From Euglena gracilis (Eukaryota): a DNA stretch of 64,000 nt. Below the pieces are notes generated by a model. The model worked only from the letters and a program-made list of their open reading frames with translations, ran no database searches and was not told where the DNA came from. The position numbers were made by a program, and so were the translations under genes. Position 1 is the stretch's first letter, and each line of letters starts with the position of its first letter. The stretch lies in assembly GCA_039621445.1 (NCBI GenBank), contig CP154954.1:44247847-44311846 (forward strand), read 5' to 3'. Positions 1 through 20,040 of this stretch are shown in pieces.

Positions 1-280
1 GGGGTGGGTGGGTGCTATAGGGTGCCTGCCCCTAGCAGGCACCCCCCCGGGGGGGGATAGGGGTCCGGGCCGGACCCAGAAAATTTTCATTAAAAATGGC
101 CTTTTCCGGGCCCCCGGCGCCAAAGGCGCCGGGGTTGGAGGGGGGTGCCTGCTAGGGGCAGGCACCCCCCAAAACCCTACCCCCCCCCCCCCCGCGGGGG
201 GGGATCGGGTGCTATGGGGTGCCTGCCCCTAGCCCCCCCCCCCCCCCCGTGGGGCAGGCACCCGACTGAGCACAAGCCTG
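1..280. mobile_element. Right part of a MITE (gcaggcac-motif family), truncated by the window start
   Basis: Ends gcacccgactgagcacaagcctg, like the 34405-34427 terminus. Repeated gtgcctgc/gcaggcac motifs are shared with 33110-33400. Central ggcgcc-aaa-ggcgcc hairpin. Confidence 0.6.
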
Positions 281-901
281 ATTCCAATTGCAACTGCAAT
301 GCAGCCCAGGATGGGGGACCACAGAGCGTCCACCTGCCCCCCAAAAACGTCCAAAAGTTTTAATTTTGCTGCTGTCACTGGAGGAGTTCAATCACTCACG
401 TTTCAGAGAAGAGAATGAAAAGGTGCCATAAACACACCCTTTCCAAACAAAGGAAGGAAATCAAAGACTTTGAGCATCCCCTTTGCATTGACTTTGAGTA
501 AAACAAATTTTTCTTGGGTGTGATGAAATGGGAAGAAATGGAATTTGAAAAACGAGAATTTCCTTGGGGGACTTTTTTCTTCCTTTCGAAACGGACATTT
601 GTAATGAAACTAAATATTCTTACAAATGAAACCTGTTTATTGTGGCTCCAACAGCAAAAGCTTCTTGGGAATTTGGAAAAAAGTGCATCAGTGGCACACA
701 ACGCTGCCAGCAACGAAGACCTGCAACGTCCGAAGGTCCGCTTCAGATCGGACATACAGCGAAGATTGATTCAGTCCACACATCGAGACGGCTCGCGTTC
801 TTTGGGGGCGGGGGCGGGGATGGGCGGCGATGCGACTGCCTCGGCGACCTCCTCCGGCGTGCCCCGTCGCTGCAGCAGCGCCGTGTGTTGGCGGTGGGTA
901 G

Positions 902-7127
<6,226 letters not shown>

Positions 7128-10100
7128 CGTGGGGAGAGGGCAACACCAGCAACCAACACCCCTGCGGGGCACAGGGGGGCTGTGACAAACCGTTCGTTGA
7201 TGTGAAGGGGCAACCCCCTCCCCCCCAAAGGACAGTGGCCGAGAATTGAGTTCCTCCACCGCTCTCTGATTTGTGGCTGACCATCTCTGGCCGCGTCAAG
7301 ATTCGATGCCAATCAGTCCGCACCGCTGTCCACCCTTCTTCCTCCACCCCTCCACCCACGCGAGCTGATGCAGTGGGAGGGTTCCACTGATGCCTCCCCA
7401 CTGGTCTGAAAGGACGCGAACAGTTGGTTTGGTGAAGCGGGGCAACTGGCGAATGTCCGCAGTTCGGGGTGTGTTTCTGGGAGCAGATCATTGAGGGGCC
7501 ATCACGAGGGGCTGCACAGGATTGACCAGCAACTGCCATCAACCCCACACCAGAGAAACTAGCCCCCCACCCAGAAGGTTGGTCACGCCAAGTAGCAGGT
7601 TGGTGGGGTGGTACACGCCGAGGTGACAACTTTCCGGGAGGACTTTCCAATGTGGTGAATCAGCGGGTACCCGGTACCCGCTGACGTACAGCTTCCACAA
7701 ATGCCTTGGACAATGTCCCCTGCGAGCTTCCATGGCTAGGAGACCACAATTGCCGCAGTGTGCACCTACATTATAAGTGCTTGGGTCTGAAGGTGCCGCT
7801 GTCTCAAAACGTGTCTGTGTGCCGCCTGCTGCCTGCTGACGGCTGATGGGCGACCGCCTTTAACCACATCTGTGGCCGCCAGCAACCACTTCCCTCTCTG
7901 GGGGGGGGACTGGAGTCTCCCTTAAAATAGGGTAAAACCACCCTAAAAATAAGTGATGTGCGATGTTGTATGTGACGTCACTCTGGTCACGCGTGACCTG
8001 AGAAGAATGCCACCTGCTCCTCAACCACAGGCACGCATCGCCAGCTCAGGGTCACAACCAGTGTCCGGCAGGCCAGAGCGGAGCATGACGGAACACAATG
8101 GGGCGAAGAAGAGAGGGGAGGGGGGCACCGGCGTGGCATGGGGCGATGGCCTTTGGGGGGCCGGGCAGGGACGGGCCAGCCTGGGACGGAAAGGGGGCTG
8201 CCCGGCCCTCTGATGCGGCGATGACGGAGGGGCCCCGGAGGTGTGTGGACTGCCTGACGGTCAGCGCAAAAAAGGGTCCCCAAGGGACGAAAGACGGATG
8301 GGAAACAGGGGGCATGGGGGCTCGGAGGCAAGTGGGGCTTGCACACCAAGCGGCCGATTGCGTAAAACACGGGGTAGACAAAAATTACGTTAGCCAACGA
8401 TTACGTTAAGAAAATCACGGTAAAAAGATCGCCAAATAACATAGAACAGTGCTAACAAGCTGTCGAATGCTGAAATTAACCGAAATTAGTTCTCTGCTTT
8501 TCATTGAGTAACCGGGACAAATTCAGGTTATTCTCCTCAAAAATGACATTAAAAATCAATATTTGCCAACATTTATTCGCTTTTTTGTCATTTTCGGTCC
8601 ATTTTCGACCGTTTTGGCCTGAGGCTTCATGGAAGAGGGTGTGGGAAACTGATACCAGCCGAAAATGATGGCAAACTGTGGTAAAATTTGGGTACTTTAC
8701 TAAAAACTTGATCTGGCATAACTCCATAATAATACTATCGCCCTGCATGAATATGAATGTGTCTGTGTGTGCATTTGCAGTTTTTGTGTATGTGTATGCA
8801 TTTGTGATATTTGTATATGCATGGTCCAAATGGCAGCTTCCTGATGGGGGGTGTGACAGCCAGATGACACGGGGTGGAAAATGACGATGCTTTTGCAGTT
8901 CCAAGCTTCTACTACATTTTTTTCTTGATGATAAAACACACAGGTGTCATTTTTGAAACTTTCCATAAATTTTGTGTCCAACGCCATTCCCCCCAACGTA
9001 GCAACTCAGTAGGTACAAGACTCAATGGCCGAGGTGACAGATTTCTGGCGGGAAGGTGGCATCCAGCCTTAATTTTTTTGGCTGGAAATGAGTGAAAACC
9101 TCAAGATGCCTTAAAAACCCTTCAATAAGCATTCACGGGGGGATGTGCTAACCTGGCCTGGGGAAAAAATGCACAAAAATGTGCGAAAAATTGCATAAAA
9201 ATCACGAAAACGCAAAATTATTCAAAACTATGCAAAAAAAGGCACTGGATCTATAGAATTTTATGAAAATATGAGGAAAAATACATTTTAAAAAACATAA
9301 TTCGGAAATCAAAAAGATGTACAAAATGTGCCGCGATTTCCAGAATTGCGAAAACCCCAAAATGCACCGACACAAATTGAAAAAAAAAATCCACCAAAAA
9401 TGCGAAAACTGCGATGCGATTTCCCCCCGGTTCATTCTGATTTTTTTTTTCAGTAATCAAAGAAGGTGACGGACGGGGAGGTACAACAAAGAACCTCAAA
9501 ATAAACAAAAAAATGCCAGAATGCCAAAATGCAAAGATGCAAACACATGTAAATTTCTTAAAGACCTACCCTGACGGTACACATTTCTTGAAAAGACATG
9601 GAAAACTGTTCATATTCTTCTTAGAATGGGTTCAAAAGCCATTCAAAACATTTTGAAAATTAATTAAAACCTGAATTTTGGGGGAGAATTCTGCCTTAAA
9701 AAATAAGGAGATTTGGGGTCAGTCAATTTGTTAACATGGGGTCTGGAGGACTCTCGAAGGCCTGAAAAGATATTGGGGGTTTGCCATAAATGATCTGGTT
9801 TTTGGATGCTATATTTCTTTCATTAATGCAATTTCAAATTAAATATTCAGCCTTTGAAGGTTGGGGCATTTTTTTGAAGTCCTGGGTTTGGTTAGCATTT
9901 GCATACTCTCTCTGCCACTCGCATCCCGGTTCTCACCCCCCTTCCAATGATGTATCTGGCTGGAGGTTAAACAAACCCCACCTGACCAAAGGTCGCCGGG
10001 GGGGAGTGGGGTGAGGGTGGCGTGGGGGGCCGCCGGGGGCGGTCAGACACCCCCATCGCCAGCAAAACACACAACAGAAGAACAGCACCGGGCCGGGGGA

Positions 10101-10539
10101 ACGACAGACAAATATTGCGGGAAGGGGGTGCCGCCAGGGTACGATAAAAAGGCAGGGGGGGTGGTGGGTCAAGTGGGGGACCCCCCCCCCCCCCACCTGC
10201 ACACTGCACACCCATTTTCGGCTCAGCCGAAATTTTTTGCCACCCAAACTCGACCCAACAGGCGGGTTTGGGCATTTTCTGGGCAAAAATTTGTTGAAAC
10301 TGCAAAGCTTTTTTGGACACAAAACACCAGAAATAAAAAAAAACTGACCTTTTTGGGGGGCCTGTTTGGACCCCCTTGGCAGGTGCGGGTGGTCCGGACC
10401 CACCCTGTGGTCAAAGAGGGTTGGGATGGGGGCACCCACCCTGCCGAGACACCCGCCTTGTATCGAACCCTGGTGCTGCCTCTGAGGTGAATGGCAGCTG
10501 ATCACAAACCAGCCACTGGGGAAACAGACAGACAAAGCA

Positions 10540-13500
10540 CCGCTGGAGGCTCCACGGGTTTCGCACGTGTGCCTGGCTCAAAGAATGCAGAGCCCTCTGA
10601 ATGATGGGCCACTGGAGCTTGACCCACCTCCCCACTTCCGGATTTTCACTTCATGAGGTCTGGGAGATATGGAGCAGCCCCCCAGAGCTTCTCAAAACCG
10701 ACAATTTGGGACCTCTTCAGAACCTCCAGAGAGCTCCTTCTCCCGGACATAAAACACGAAAGAGGTCAGAAATGTCTTCTTGGGACAAAAAAGGCATCCA
10801 TCCAGCGGGCTAGAGGGCTGGCACGCAATCCTTCCTCTGCTTGGGGGTCCAGCCAGAACCTCTCAACCAAAATCGTCTTGGGAATGCACTGAAAATGATC
10901 AATGGCATTCCTACGGGCCAACTTTCACAACACTGCGTGGCTGTCCTTTTCATGTATTTTCTAACCCAATCCACCAGTTTCCCTTTTGTGGTTTCTGCAC
11001 TATTTTTGGCGATCTTCCCCCTGTCTGGAGGAGGGTGACAAAATAACCGGTGTGAGACACCAGACCACATGTATGACGATCAGCCAAATTCTCTTCGCAG
11101 CGGCCAGAAACCTGAGGCCCAGAGGGTTGCATATGGTGTTGGCCACAGTCCAAGTAGCAACAAACAGGGGGACTGTCGGTCAGGGGCAGTCTTCGTTGAT
11201 GACGTCCGCGGCGTGCCGTTCGCGTACCGGGGAGAGTCGAGCCGGCTCCAGCCTCGCCATGGAGTTGGTGAGCGGCACGCGACACACCCTGTCACACACC
11301 ACGCTGGTCGCAGCAAGGATCCAAAAATTATACGAAATTCTTGTAAACCCCCCTCCCAAATAACACCCCCCATGGGGTATTATTTATCCGCCCGAAGTCG
11401 CCGCCGAGGGGGGGGTATTATTTGGGGGATTATTCCTTTAAAATTTTCGAAAATCCATGCGACCCAAAATAACACACAAAACCACCCTTTTGGTCATTTT
11501 TTGCACTTGTGGACAATTTCAACCACATTTTCAGGTAAAAATCAATTTTGGCAGCCATATTTTTCAGGTGAAAATCGAAGTTAGCAGCACAAAATCAGGG
11601 GGATGGTGGATATTATCTTTTTCGGTTGAAGTTGGAGCCCAAGGGGGGGGGTATTGTTTGGGGGAGTTAACTGCCGCAAGATGTTTTTTTTGAAAGCAAC
11701 CCTGAACGGTGGGTCAACACCGCCAAAAAATAGAACTACACAAATAATAAAGATCAAAACGTCAGAAATGCTCAGCAGCCGCAGAAGGACAGGTTTAAAA
11801 ATTCACTCAAAATTTTGCAATAAACCTTTCACCCCTATTCTGCTTTCACTTCCTTTGCCCTGTTTCTCTTGGCCATCTTGCACTCCACTCCTTTCAAGCC
11901 CAACACAAGGGCACACCGGGTCGGGCTGTGTGGGCTGCTCGGCTGAGACGTGTCCTGGGCCGGGCGGTCCCCTGCTTTCTGCAATGAAAATGCACATGAA
12001 CTTGTGCATGGACGTGTGAAAGCACACAGGCGCGCGGCCACAGGTGCAATCTGAACATTTTCCCGTTTGGACTGAAGGTGTAAAGCCAGTGGGCCAACCT
12101 TGAGGGGCCAAGTTTTGTCATCCTGAGAATCTCAGGACAATAAGACAAAAAACCTTAAAAATTGCGGCCAAGGTCGCAAGGTAAAACCCAGACCAAATGG
12201 ACAACTTTGCATGAAAGGAGGAGGGGAGCCAAGCACCAGGGGGGGGGGAGGTATAATTTGCACGCACACAAAGAAGAAATGGGTTGGAGGGAACTGTGTG
12301 AACTCTGATGCACATTGGAGCAGTCATAATGTGTGGAGTGTGCGTGCCCAGTGTGGGGAGGGAAGTGAGCCACATGCCTTTTGTGTTGCCTTTGCCAGCC
12401 GTTTGTCGCGGGCCTCCAGCCACTCATGCTCGTAGGTGTGGCTGAGGAGGTCCCCGATGGGGACACGCGGCCCCCCGTTGCATCTTCGCGTTATGGATCC
12501 CCAAGGTTCGAGAGGAGACCAAACCGTTTCCCGCTATGACTTCTCCGCCACAACCCCCGTGGGCTTTTGGGTCTGATTTGCGGGTTCGGCGCAGGGGAGC
12601 GGCGGTTTAAAACTTCGTGGGGGGGGGGAGCTCGGTGTGCCCGAGAGGCACAAATAAGGCAGGTGGAAGCCCCCTGGAGCAGGCCAAACACCAGCAAGGG
12701 AATCCTGCAAGGGAGGCTGCGCTCAGGTGGCTCCACTGGTCGAGGACAGGCCATTGCTTAAAGACCCCATGGGGTCCACTGGCTGTAGCCTGGTGGACCT
12801 GGCACTGGCTCTGGCCTAGTGGCTGAGGGTCCACAAGGATTTCCGCTAGCCAAATTTGGACTGGCTGCTGTCCAGCCCCCCCCCCCCCCCTGGGGTAGTG
12901 CGAACCCGTAAGCAATAGACTGGTCGAGGAGCCCCGTAAGTGTGGTCGACGTCCTGTTTGGTGGGGCACTGTGGCGGCACAGCGAGAGCGACAAGGCAGG
13001 CGGGGGGAACAGGATGCCCTGCCACAGCTCAACTCTGGGAATGAAGGAGAACGAGCCCGGCAGCCTCCATGCCAAACGTTCAGCGTCTTAGGCGGCCGAA
13101 CTCGCATTTAAGGGTTTTTGCTTCAGAATTTGCGCATTTGCGCAAATGCGCAAATTTTGCGAAGATCGTGGACCCTGTACCCTGACACAGGGATAACAGA
13201 TTATGAGCTGTGACACTCCTGTATTGAAGGGGATTAACTCCCAGTGGTTTGATGTAAATGCTGCTTACCAAGTGACCTGGATATGGCTGAGGGTGAGAGT
13301 GGTGCTCTTGTACATCAAACGGGAGGGAGGCACACTGTTACGACACTTGGAAATGGTGCTGACGTGCTGGCTGAACTGACTGGGATACTACCGCCACCGG
13401 TAAGAACACACAGAGCCTCATTAGATCACACACCACAGACAACGTCAGCCAGTCATCATGCAACTGATGTGCGTTTATGGGCGCATTTGCGCAAATAAAA

Positions 13501-15966
13501 ACAATTGTGTTTGTGGGCTCATTTGCGCAAATAAAACGTGAACCGATGACGATAAAATGATGTGTTTGTGGGCGCAAATGCGCACACAAACAATTTTTTT
13601 GATGCGCGCATTTGCGCAAATGCGCGCACAAACATAATTGTGTTTATTTGCGCAATTGCGCGCACCAACACGCCCATCACGTTTAAAAACCTCGTAGGGT
13701 CATGGTCCTCATTGGTGTCTTTTAACATGGAAATAAAAATACATGTTGGCGTGCACAAATATTTAATAAACCGCTTTAAAATGATGTGGTTGCAGGAGCC
13801 TTAGAGCACACAAACAAAGTTGTGTTTATTTGCGCAAATGCGCGCACCAACACACATCAGTTGTGCGATACCATCTCCTCCTCCGTGACAGCTGACGAAC
13901 GCAATTCCTCACGTCAACCATTGATTTGCACCACGATTACGTGGGTATAAAATTTGTGGTGAGAGGTGTTGTGGAGAGTTCACTGGAACACAGCATGTGA
14001 CTAGCCAAAATTTGCCTGCCTTACGTGTGTACATTTGCACTGCTGTGACCTGCCCGAACGGCCTCATCTGTTTAGCGGTTAAACACCATGAATTGATGAC
14101 GTGCAAACGACATAAACGTGTTGGTGCGCGCATTTGCGAAAATAAACACAATTTTGTCCTTCCAGTGTTGGGCTTCTTCCGCTGGTTCTTTGCCACACAA
14201 CTGGTTGTGCGGATCCCGGGTATAAGCCGGGTGTGAGACACCCGTCCCCTTCATTCCCTGCGGACCCTATTCCTTCCCCCTGCGCTTCCCTTGCCAAACA
14301 CCCCGCACTTACCCTCCTCTCCCTTTCCTCCTTCCCGCGGCTTGGTCACACCACACCCACACCCCCCGGCACTTCCTCCCCGCAGTTAACAAACAGCCCC
14401 AAAAACACCACACCAAGGCGCCGCAAGCAAAGCAGTCTGGCAAACACCCAGGACTCACACCACCGGCAGCTCGGGCACACCCAGGGACACAGCCGAAAGA
14501 AGCAACAAGGGCAGGAAAGGTCCCGTTCTTATGGTGCTTTTTTGCGTTTTTTTTCAGTGTGGGCCGGCAAGGTCCCGGGGGTTTCGACGTACAAAGTCCA
14601 TTTCCGCACACCTCCAAGACACCATTTTTCGCCAAAGTCCCGGGGGTCACACCGCCAAAAACAGAATTTCGCTCATTTTTTGCACTCTCTTGTCAACGTG
14701 TGTTCAAATCCCCCTGACCTTCACAGCCGAATCAAAGCAGAATAAAAAAATTCGTAAATTTGCGCAAGTGCGCAAAAAAAAAGAAAAAAGCTTAAGTGCG
14801 AATTAGGCCGCCTAAGAGCGTCGGGTTATGTGAAATGTAAGGTGAACAGCTATGTCCCCTTCCGCCGGCCTTGGTTCACTCGTCCGCTTCGTCCATCCGG
14901 CAGAACCCACTCATCCTGCGCCTCTATTTTTTAACAAAACCTGAGTTCCATCGACCATCGACACCGACGACTCACTTGTCTTTTCGTCCCTTGACCAGCG
15001 TGAGACCGTGATCGGGCGTGGGGGGGCACACGCCTGGCCCTTCAGCCGCAGCACCGTGCCAGGCTTGGTGGTCAGCCGGCAATCGTGAGTGGCCCGGAAC
15101 TGGGCGACGTCCGAAGCATTGGACGGGAGCCGCTGTTCTGTGACACGTTTCATGCGGGCAAACGTGTGTGCAGGCGTACAAATGCGCGAATGCGCATGCA
15201 CAACGTACAAAGCGCTGCTGTGCAAATACACGGAAACACGACCCCACGCCGTTCTCTGTTTAAAGAAATGAACTTAATCCCATAAATTTTGTCAGGGTGC
15301 CTGCCAGTCCAACAGCCGGCTGGACGGTTGTCCATGGCTGGCGGTCGGGTCAAAGTTTCACCACTGGACCACACTCGACACCGGCGGTGCGCGCTGGAGG
15401 GTCAGGAGGGGCAGGCAACAGGGGCCCCCTCGGCCACGCCGCGGTGCACCGCCACCGCGTTCAGCCGCTTGAAATCCCGCCCGTGGTCCACCACCTCCGG
15501 CCGGGGCGGCGGGGCGTGCCACTGGAACATGAGCCTCCCGGCCCCCTCCGGGTCCTCCTTCGTCGGCGCGCCGAACGTATCACTCGGGGAGCTGCGGGGG
15601 CACCGGATGAATGGATGGCTGCCTGCCGGCCATTGGGGGGAGGGGGCAGATGGGAAGAGGCGTACGTGTGGCACCGAAGGTTCGAGGCCAATCACATGTG
15701 TTTAATATTTAATAACATGATAATGTAATATAATATGATATAATATGATAATATAATCTGATAATATGCACATTGATTGGGCTGGTGCCGCAACGTGGTC
15801 AGGGGAAAAGTGCACGTCGGCGGGGTTCCGCATTCACCCCTCGGTGGGGAGGGGCAAAGGAGACACACAAGCCGTGGGGCGGCACAAGGCCGAGGGACCG
15901 CGACACGCCGACCTCGTTGTGCAGGCGGTTGATGACCGGGTTGTTGCGCGGATTGTGGGGAGGCAT
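10540..15966 (-). CDS. CFAP77: CFAP77-like (DUF4483) cilia/flagella-associated protein, partial model
   Basis: Exon fragments in order: MPPHNPRNNPVINRLHNEVGVSR (~15966-15900); DTFGAPTKEDPEGAGRLMFQW..GRDFKRLNAVAVHRG (~15590-15440); SNASDVAQFRATHDCRL (~15124-15035); AYGFALP (~12920-12895); PIGDLLSHTYEHEW (~12465-12412). These resemble CFAP77 motifs as I recall them (WNV..RNYIAMNRGAV..NDIR..TFG..PFFDLLQHRY). 5' and 3' ends are not resolved. Confidence 0.6.
13087..14816. mobile_element. 1.7-kb TIR element with 5-bp TSD and TGCGCA-rich repeats
   Basis: agcgt|cttaggcggccgaactcgcatttaag...cttaagtgcgaattaggccgcctaag|agcgt. Confidence 0.8.
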
Positions 15967-16629
15967 GCGGGGCCGCTCCGAGCGCAGGCCGGACAAAAAG
16001 GAAGGCCGGGGCCACTGCCGAGGGCCGAACGAGGGACCAGGGACCACTCGGGGAACGCCACAAATGACCCGACCCAGCAGGAGGGTCTTGAGCGCAGCTC
16101 CCACCAGACTTTCCTCCCCCTTCGCAGCTGTGTCTCCGATTGCGCTATCCCAGAGTTCCCATTGGAGAGCAGACTGGCAGAATGGGGCTGCCAGAGGCAT
16201 GGCTGTGAGGGGGGTGTCGTTCCTGGCCCAAATCCATCCCTTGGGCTTCCACCCACGGGGGTACTGGGGAACTGTTTTGCTGGATTCCTTTGGCCAGGGT
16301 GTAGACAGAGAGGACGCTGTGTTCCCCCCCAAGGCAAACACGCACAGGCAGGACGTTGGGAGAGCTGGGGCTGGAGGACACAGAGTGGCATATGCCGTCG
16401 TCTTCTCACCGGATATGTCAAGGCCGGCCCGGGGGAGTTGGGAGAGGTGTGGGGAGAGGGCGGAGGTGGGGCTCAACCTGGCGGCGAGGGAGGGCCGGGC
16501 GGGAGGGACGCCGGGGGACGGATCAACACAGTGCAGAGCGAGTCGCCGGGGCCCAGTGGCGAGTCGCCCATCGCGGCCGGGACGAGGTCGCCAGCGCGAC
16601 ACAGGGCAACGGCACAGGGGGAGGGGGAC

Positions 16630-19600
16630 TCAGGGCTGGGCCCAGTCCGACCAGGAGCCGGCGTAGTTCGCCACGCGCTGGAAGCCGAGGCGGCGGAGGT
16701 GCTTCGCCGCCATGTCGGAGCGGACGCCGGAGTGGCGGCGGCGGGGGAGGATTGATGGAACGGCGTGGGGGGGGGAGGGGGGACGTTTCACGGCGGCGGT
16801 GGCGGCCCCCGGACTGGCCCGATGTGGTCCGTCCTTCTTGTCACCCCCTCCCCCCTGGCCCCGTGGGGCCCGTGTTGGGAGGAGGGGAGGCCGGGGGGCC
16901 CTCCCTGTGCATCCCAGAGGCTTTAGGTGGCGTTTGCCATTAGCCAACGCCCTTCAGGGATCGTGAGACACAATGGGTCCTTCCCCGGCCAGTAGACAAT
17001 GATATCCTCGTCGGAGCTGGGCAGAGTGACGTCGATGGCAAGGCGGCCCAAACTGGAACGATGAAACGAGGAAAAGAGAAACAAATATGCGAATATATAT
17101 ATGAAAATACACACACATATGCGAATATATGATATGTAAATATATATGCGAATATATGTGAATATATATGCGAATATATGCGAATATATATATGCGAATA
17201 AAATATGCAAATGCGTATGCATGGAACGGTGCATTCTTCTTTTTTTTTGTTTGTCAGGTCTGGGGGGCATGGACACAGCTTGAGGTGGATGTGAGGTTTG
17301 AATGGGACGTGCCTGCAACAAATGGGTGCATATGTAAGACACACCAGCAATGAAAATACCCGATCAAAATGAACAATTGGGTGCCAACCCGTTGGGCCTG
17401 TCCCTGGGCAGGGAAGAACGCGTCCCACTGGTCCTCTTCCGCGGCTGTGACTCGCAGCAGAGCCTGGAGCGGCGCCGGCCTTGTGCTCCGCCCCCACTCC
17501 CCCACCACGGATGCCCCAACCCTCCCCCTTCCCTCCTTCCCCGGAGGGAACTGGCCCTTCCCCTCCTGAAGCAGAAAAAACAGTGCTCCCCATGAAGCAA
17601 ATGGCTGGACTCCACAACACTAAGGTTACCAGCTTCCAGCGTCAGCGTGAGTGGTTAGAGTGCCAATTTAAATCGTTTCTGTCAAAAATTGGTGTTTTCA
17701 CCAATAATTATTTCATTGATAACCCCGCGGGTTGAAACCGTGTTTGGGCCGATTTTGAGACTTTAAAAGTCTTAAATCTTCGCCCAAAACACGGTTTCAA
17801 ACAAGAACAGTGTTTTGGGCCAAGGTTTTAGGGGGGCCCAGGGGCGACCACGGCGCCTTCGGCGCCGCGGTCCCCGCCCCTGGGCTCCCCCTAACTCTTG
17901 GCCCAAACACAGTTCTTGACACAATACGTGGGGGGGATTTAAAATGAGTGTCTTGTTTCGGCCCCAGGAGGGAGGTGGAAAATGTGCACCATTCAGATTA
18001 ATGCTTTGAGATTTTTTTTGCAGCACTGCTTGTGGGCGAAAAACACCACCCCTCACAGATTTTGTCTTTATCTCCCTGAGTGAGGGTCGGTACATAAAAA
18101 TGCAATAAATCAGTTTTGGGGGTGGTGTGGTAAATTAAAAAAAAAACAACCGGAGCCTTTTTTGGGGGGTTGTGAATGTCTGGTTGGTCGGCCTGAGCCC
18201 CCCCCCCCTACATATGACCTCCTTTCGAAAGCCCAAACCAAACCAGATCGCATAAACGTCTTTGGGGTTAAAATACCATGGCACCGGTGTGTGTGTGTGT
18301 GTGTGTGTGTAGGGTGTGTGTGTGTGTGTGTGTGTGGATGTTCTGTGCGTGTGCCATGTGCCTGTGTGTATGGTGTGTGTGTTTGTGTGTAGGCGTGGTG
18401 TGTTTTTGTTGTGTGCGTGTGTGCGTTTATGTGCGGGTCTCTCTTTCTCTCTCGTGTGTGTGCGCGCGGGCGGGCGGGCGGGTGGGTGGGTTGCCAAATT
18501 CTGGCCTTGCCTGCAAGCAATGGGCCGGCGGGGACATGCTGGCTGGTCGGAATGGCTCCCTGCTGGACCTCCGCAGGGGTGCGGACGTCCCACAATCAGA
18601 GACAGGCGGCTGGCTTGTGCTTGGTTCACACTTCCGATATGCCCCAGCTTGCTCCAGCATGGACTGGGTCAGAGTTGGGCTGGGAGATGCCTCCATCAGC
18701 CGAAATGCCACTGCCCACTTTGCATATGCGTGTGAGCGTATGAACAGGCTGTATCCAGAGTTGGCTCCCTGTGTGTGGGGGGGGGGGGCAAGAACTTACC
18801 AACCAATGCAGTGAATATGTAAATGAGTGTGTTGGTGTATGGGTGTATGTATGTGCGCGTGTGTTGTGGGCACATTTGGGCCACCCCCCCAACGGAGTGC
18901 GGCATGCGCAAAAAGCCCGGCCACGTGCCACCTGGCTGGAACGGCTCCTCCCGGTGGCGGCTGATGCGGGCCGTCAACTGGGTTTTGGATACGATGGGGA
19001 TGGAGCCGTCGGTTGCTGTTCAGGGCGATTCTGGCAAGACTGAGAAACATCGCTTGGGTGACGTATTGGCCCGCTCCATTTGCAAGGATCAATGAGATTA
19101 GAGGAGGAGGGGGGTTGGGTGCATAGATTCACTTGGCGACCCCGGGGGGGGGGTGGGCACTTATCCCTGGCCCCAACCCACCCACCCACTCTCAAAAACC
19201 CACCCCCCGGGGACGGGTCACACATGTTAAATGAATCTATGGTTGGGCGCCTGGAAACTCTTCTGAAGAAAATTGTCAGGAACACTTTTGGGCAATCGAA
19301 ATGCAACGAGAGAAAGAGGGGTTCTCCCAGATGCAGAATTTAAATTTCGTTTGTGGTTCAGGTACTAAATACCCCCCCCCCCCTTTAGTTGCACTAAGGC
19401 TTCTTGTCTGTTTATGGCCGGCGCTGACTTCGCTTCTGGCCCAGCTTGCTGTGTGGTGAGTGGCCAGGTACCCCTTACACCAGTGCTCTTTTGTTGCTCC
19501 GCCTGGCCGGGTGAGAGCCCCCCCCCCCCCCCCGGAAACTGTCGCCTGACTACTGGGGACCCTAACAACTTCCAACACTGACAGGTTGGCGGTACCAAAG

Positions 19601-20040
19601 ACCTTGACAGTTTCCCGGGAGGGACCCTGAAAATTTCTCGGGTGGGGGATTTCAAAGGAACATCAATGAAAATGACCCTGACAGGTTGGCTGGTACTGGG
19701 AACCCTGACAATTCCTACATTGACAAGGTACAGGTTCTCGGGCATGACAGTTTTCTGGGGGTGGGTGAGCAGCATTGAGTATTTTGACACGGGCACGTTA
19801 ACCAAGGTGACCAAGGCAACCAAGGCAACAAAGGTTAACCAATCTTTGCACACAACTGCAGCTCACAGTACTGCGAGTCATCCGAGGCCCAAACTTTGTG
19901 CCATTCTGCCCGGCCCCGGCCAGGCCGGCCCCACCGGCGGTGGCCAGCGCGGCGGCGCCGTGCCACAGCGGCCCCAGCAGCGGGCGCAGCGCCGCGAGGC
20001 GAGCGGGGCCGAAGGAGCCGAGGCCCGCCGACAGCGACAT
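16630..20040 (-). CDS. Single-domain rhodanese/thiosulfate sulfurtransferase with probable organellar N-terminal presequence
   Basis: Exons: MSLSAGLGSFGPARLAALRPLLGPLW (from 20040); DVRTPAEVQQGAIPTSQHVP (~18590-18530); LQALLRVTAAEEDQWDAFFP (~17470-17413); DVTLPSSDEDIIVY (~17033-16991); CHSGVRSDMAAKHLRRLGFQRVANYAGSWSDWAQP* (16736-16630). DVR..E..G.IP, CxxGxR and Y.GSW..W are rhodanese hallmarks. Confidence 0.85.
16737..16990 (-). other. Nonconventional (euglenid-type) intron, N3-CGG...CCG-N5|G
   Basis: tac t|GGC CGGGGAAGGA ... TCCTCCCCCG CCGCC|gc cac. The ends form 9 of 10 possible pairs, and removal creates TGC (catalytic Cys of YCHSGVRS). Confidence 0.85.

Noticed and set aside
15766-16755. 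329-aa and 297-aa plus-strand ORFs
   Set aside because: GC-rich antisense shadows of minus-strand exons and UTR, with no recognisable domain.
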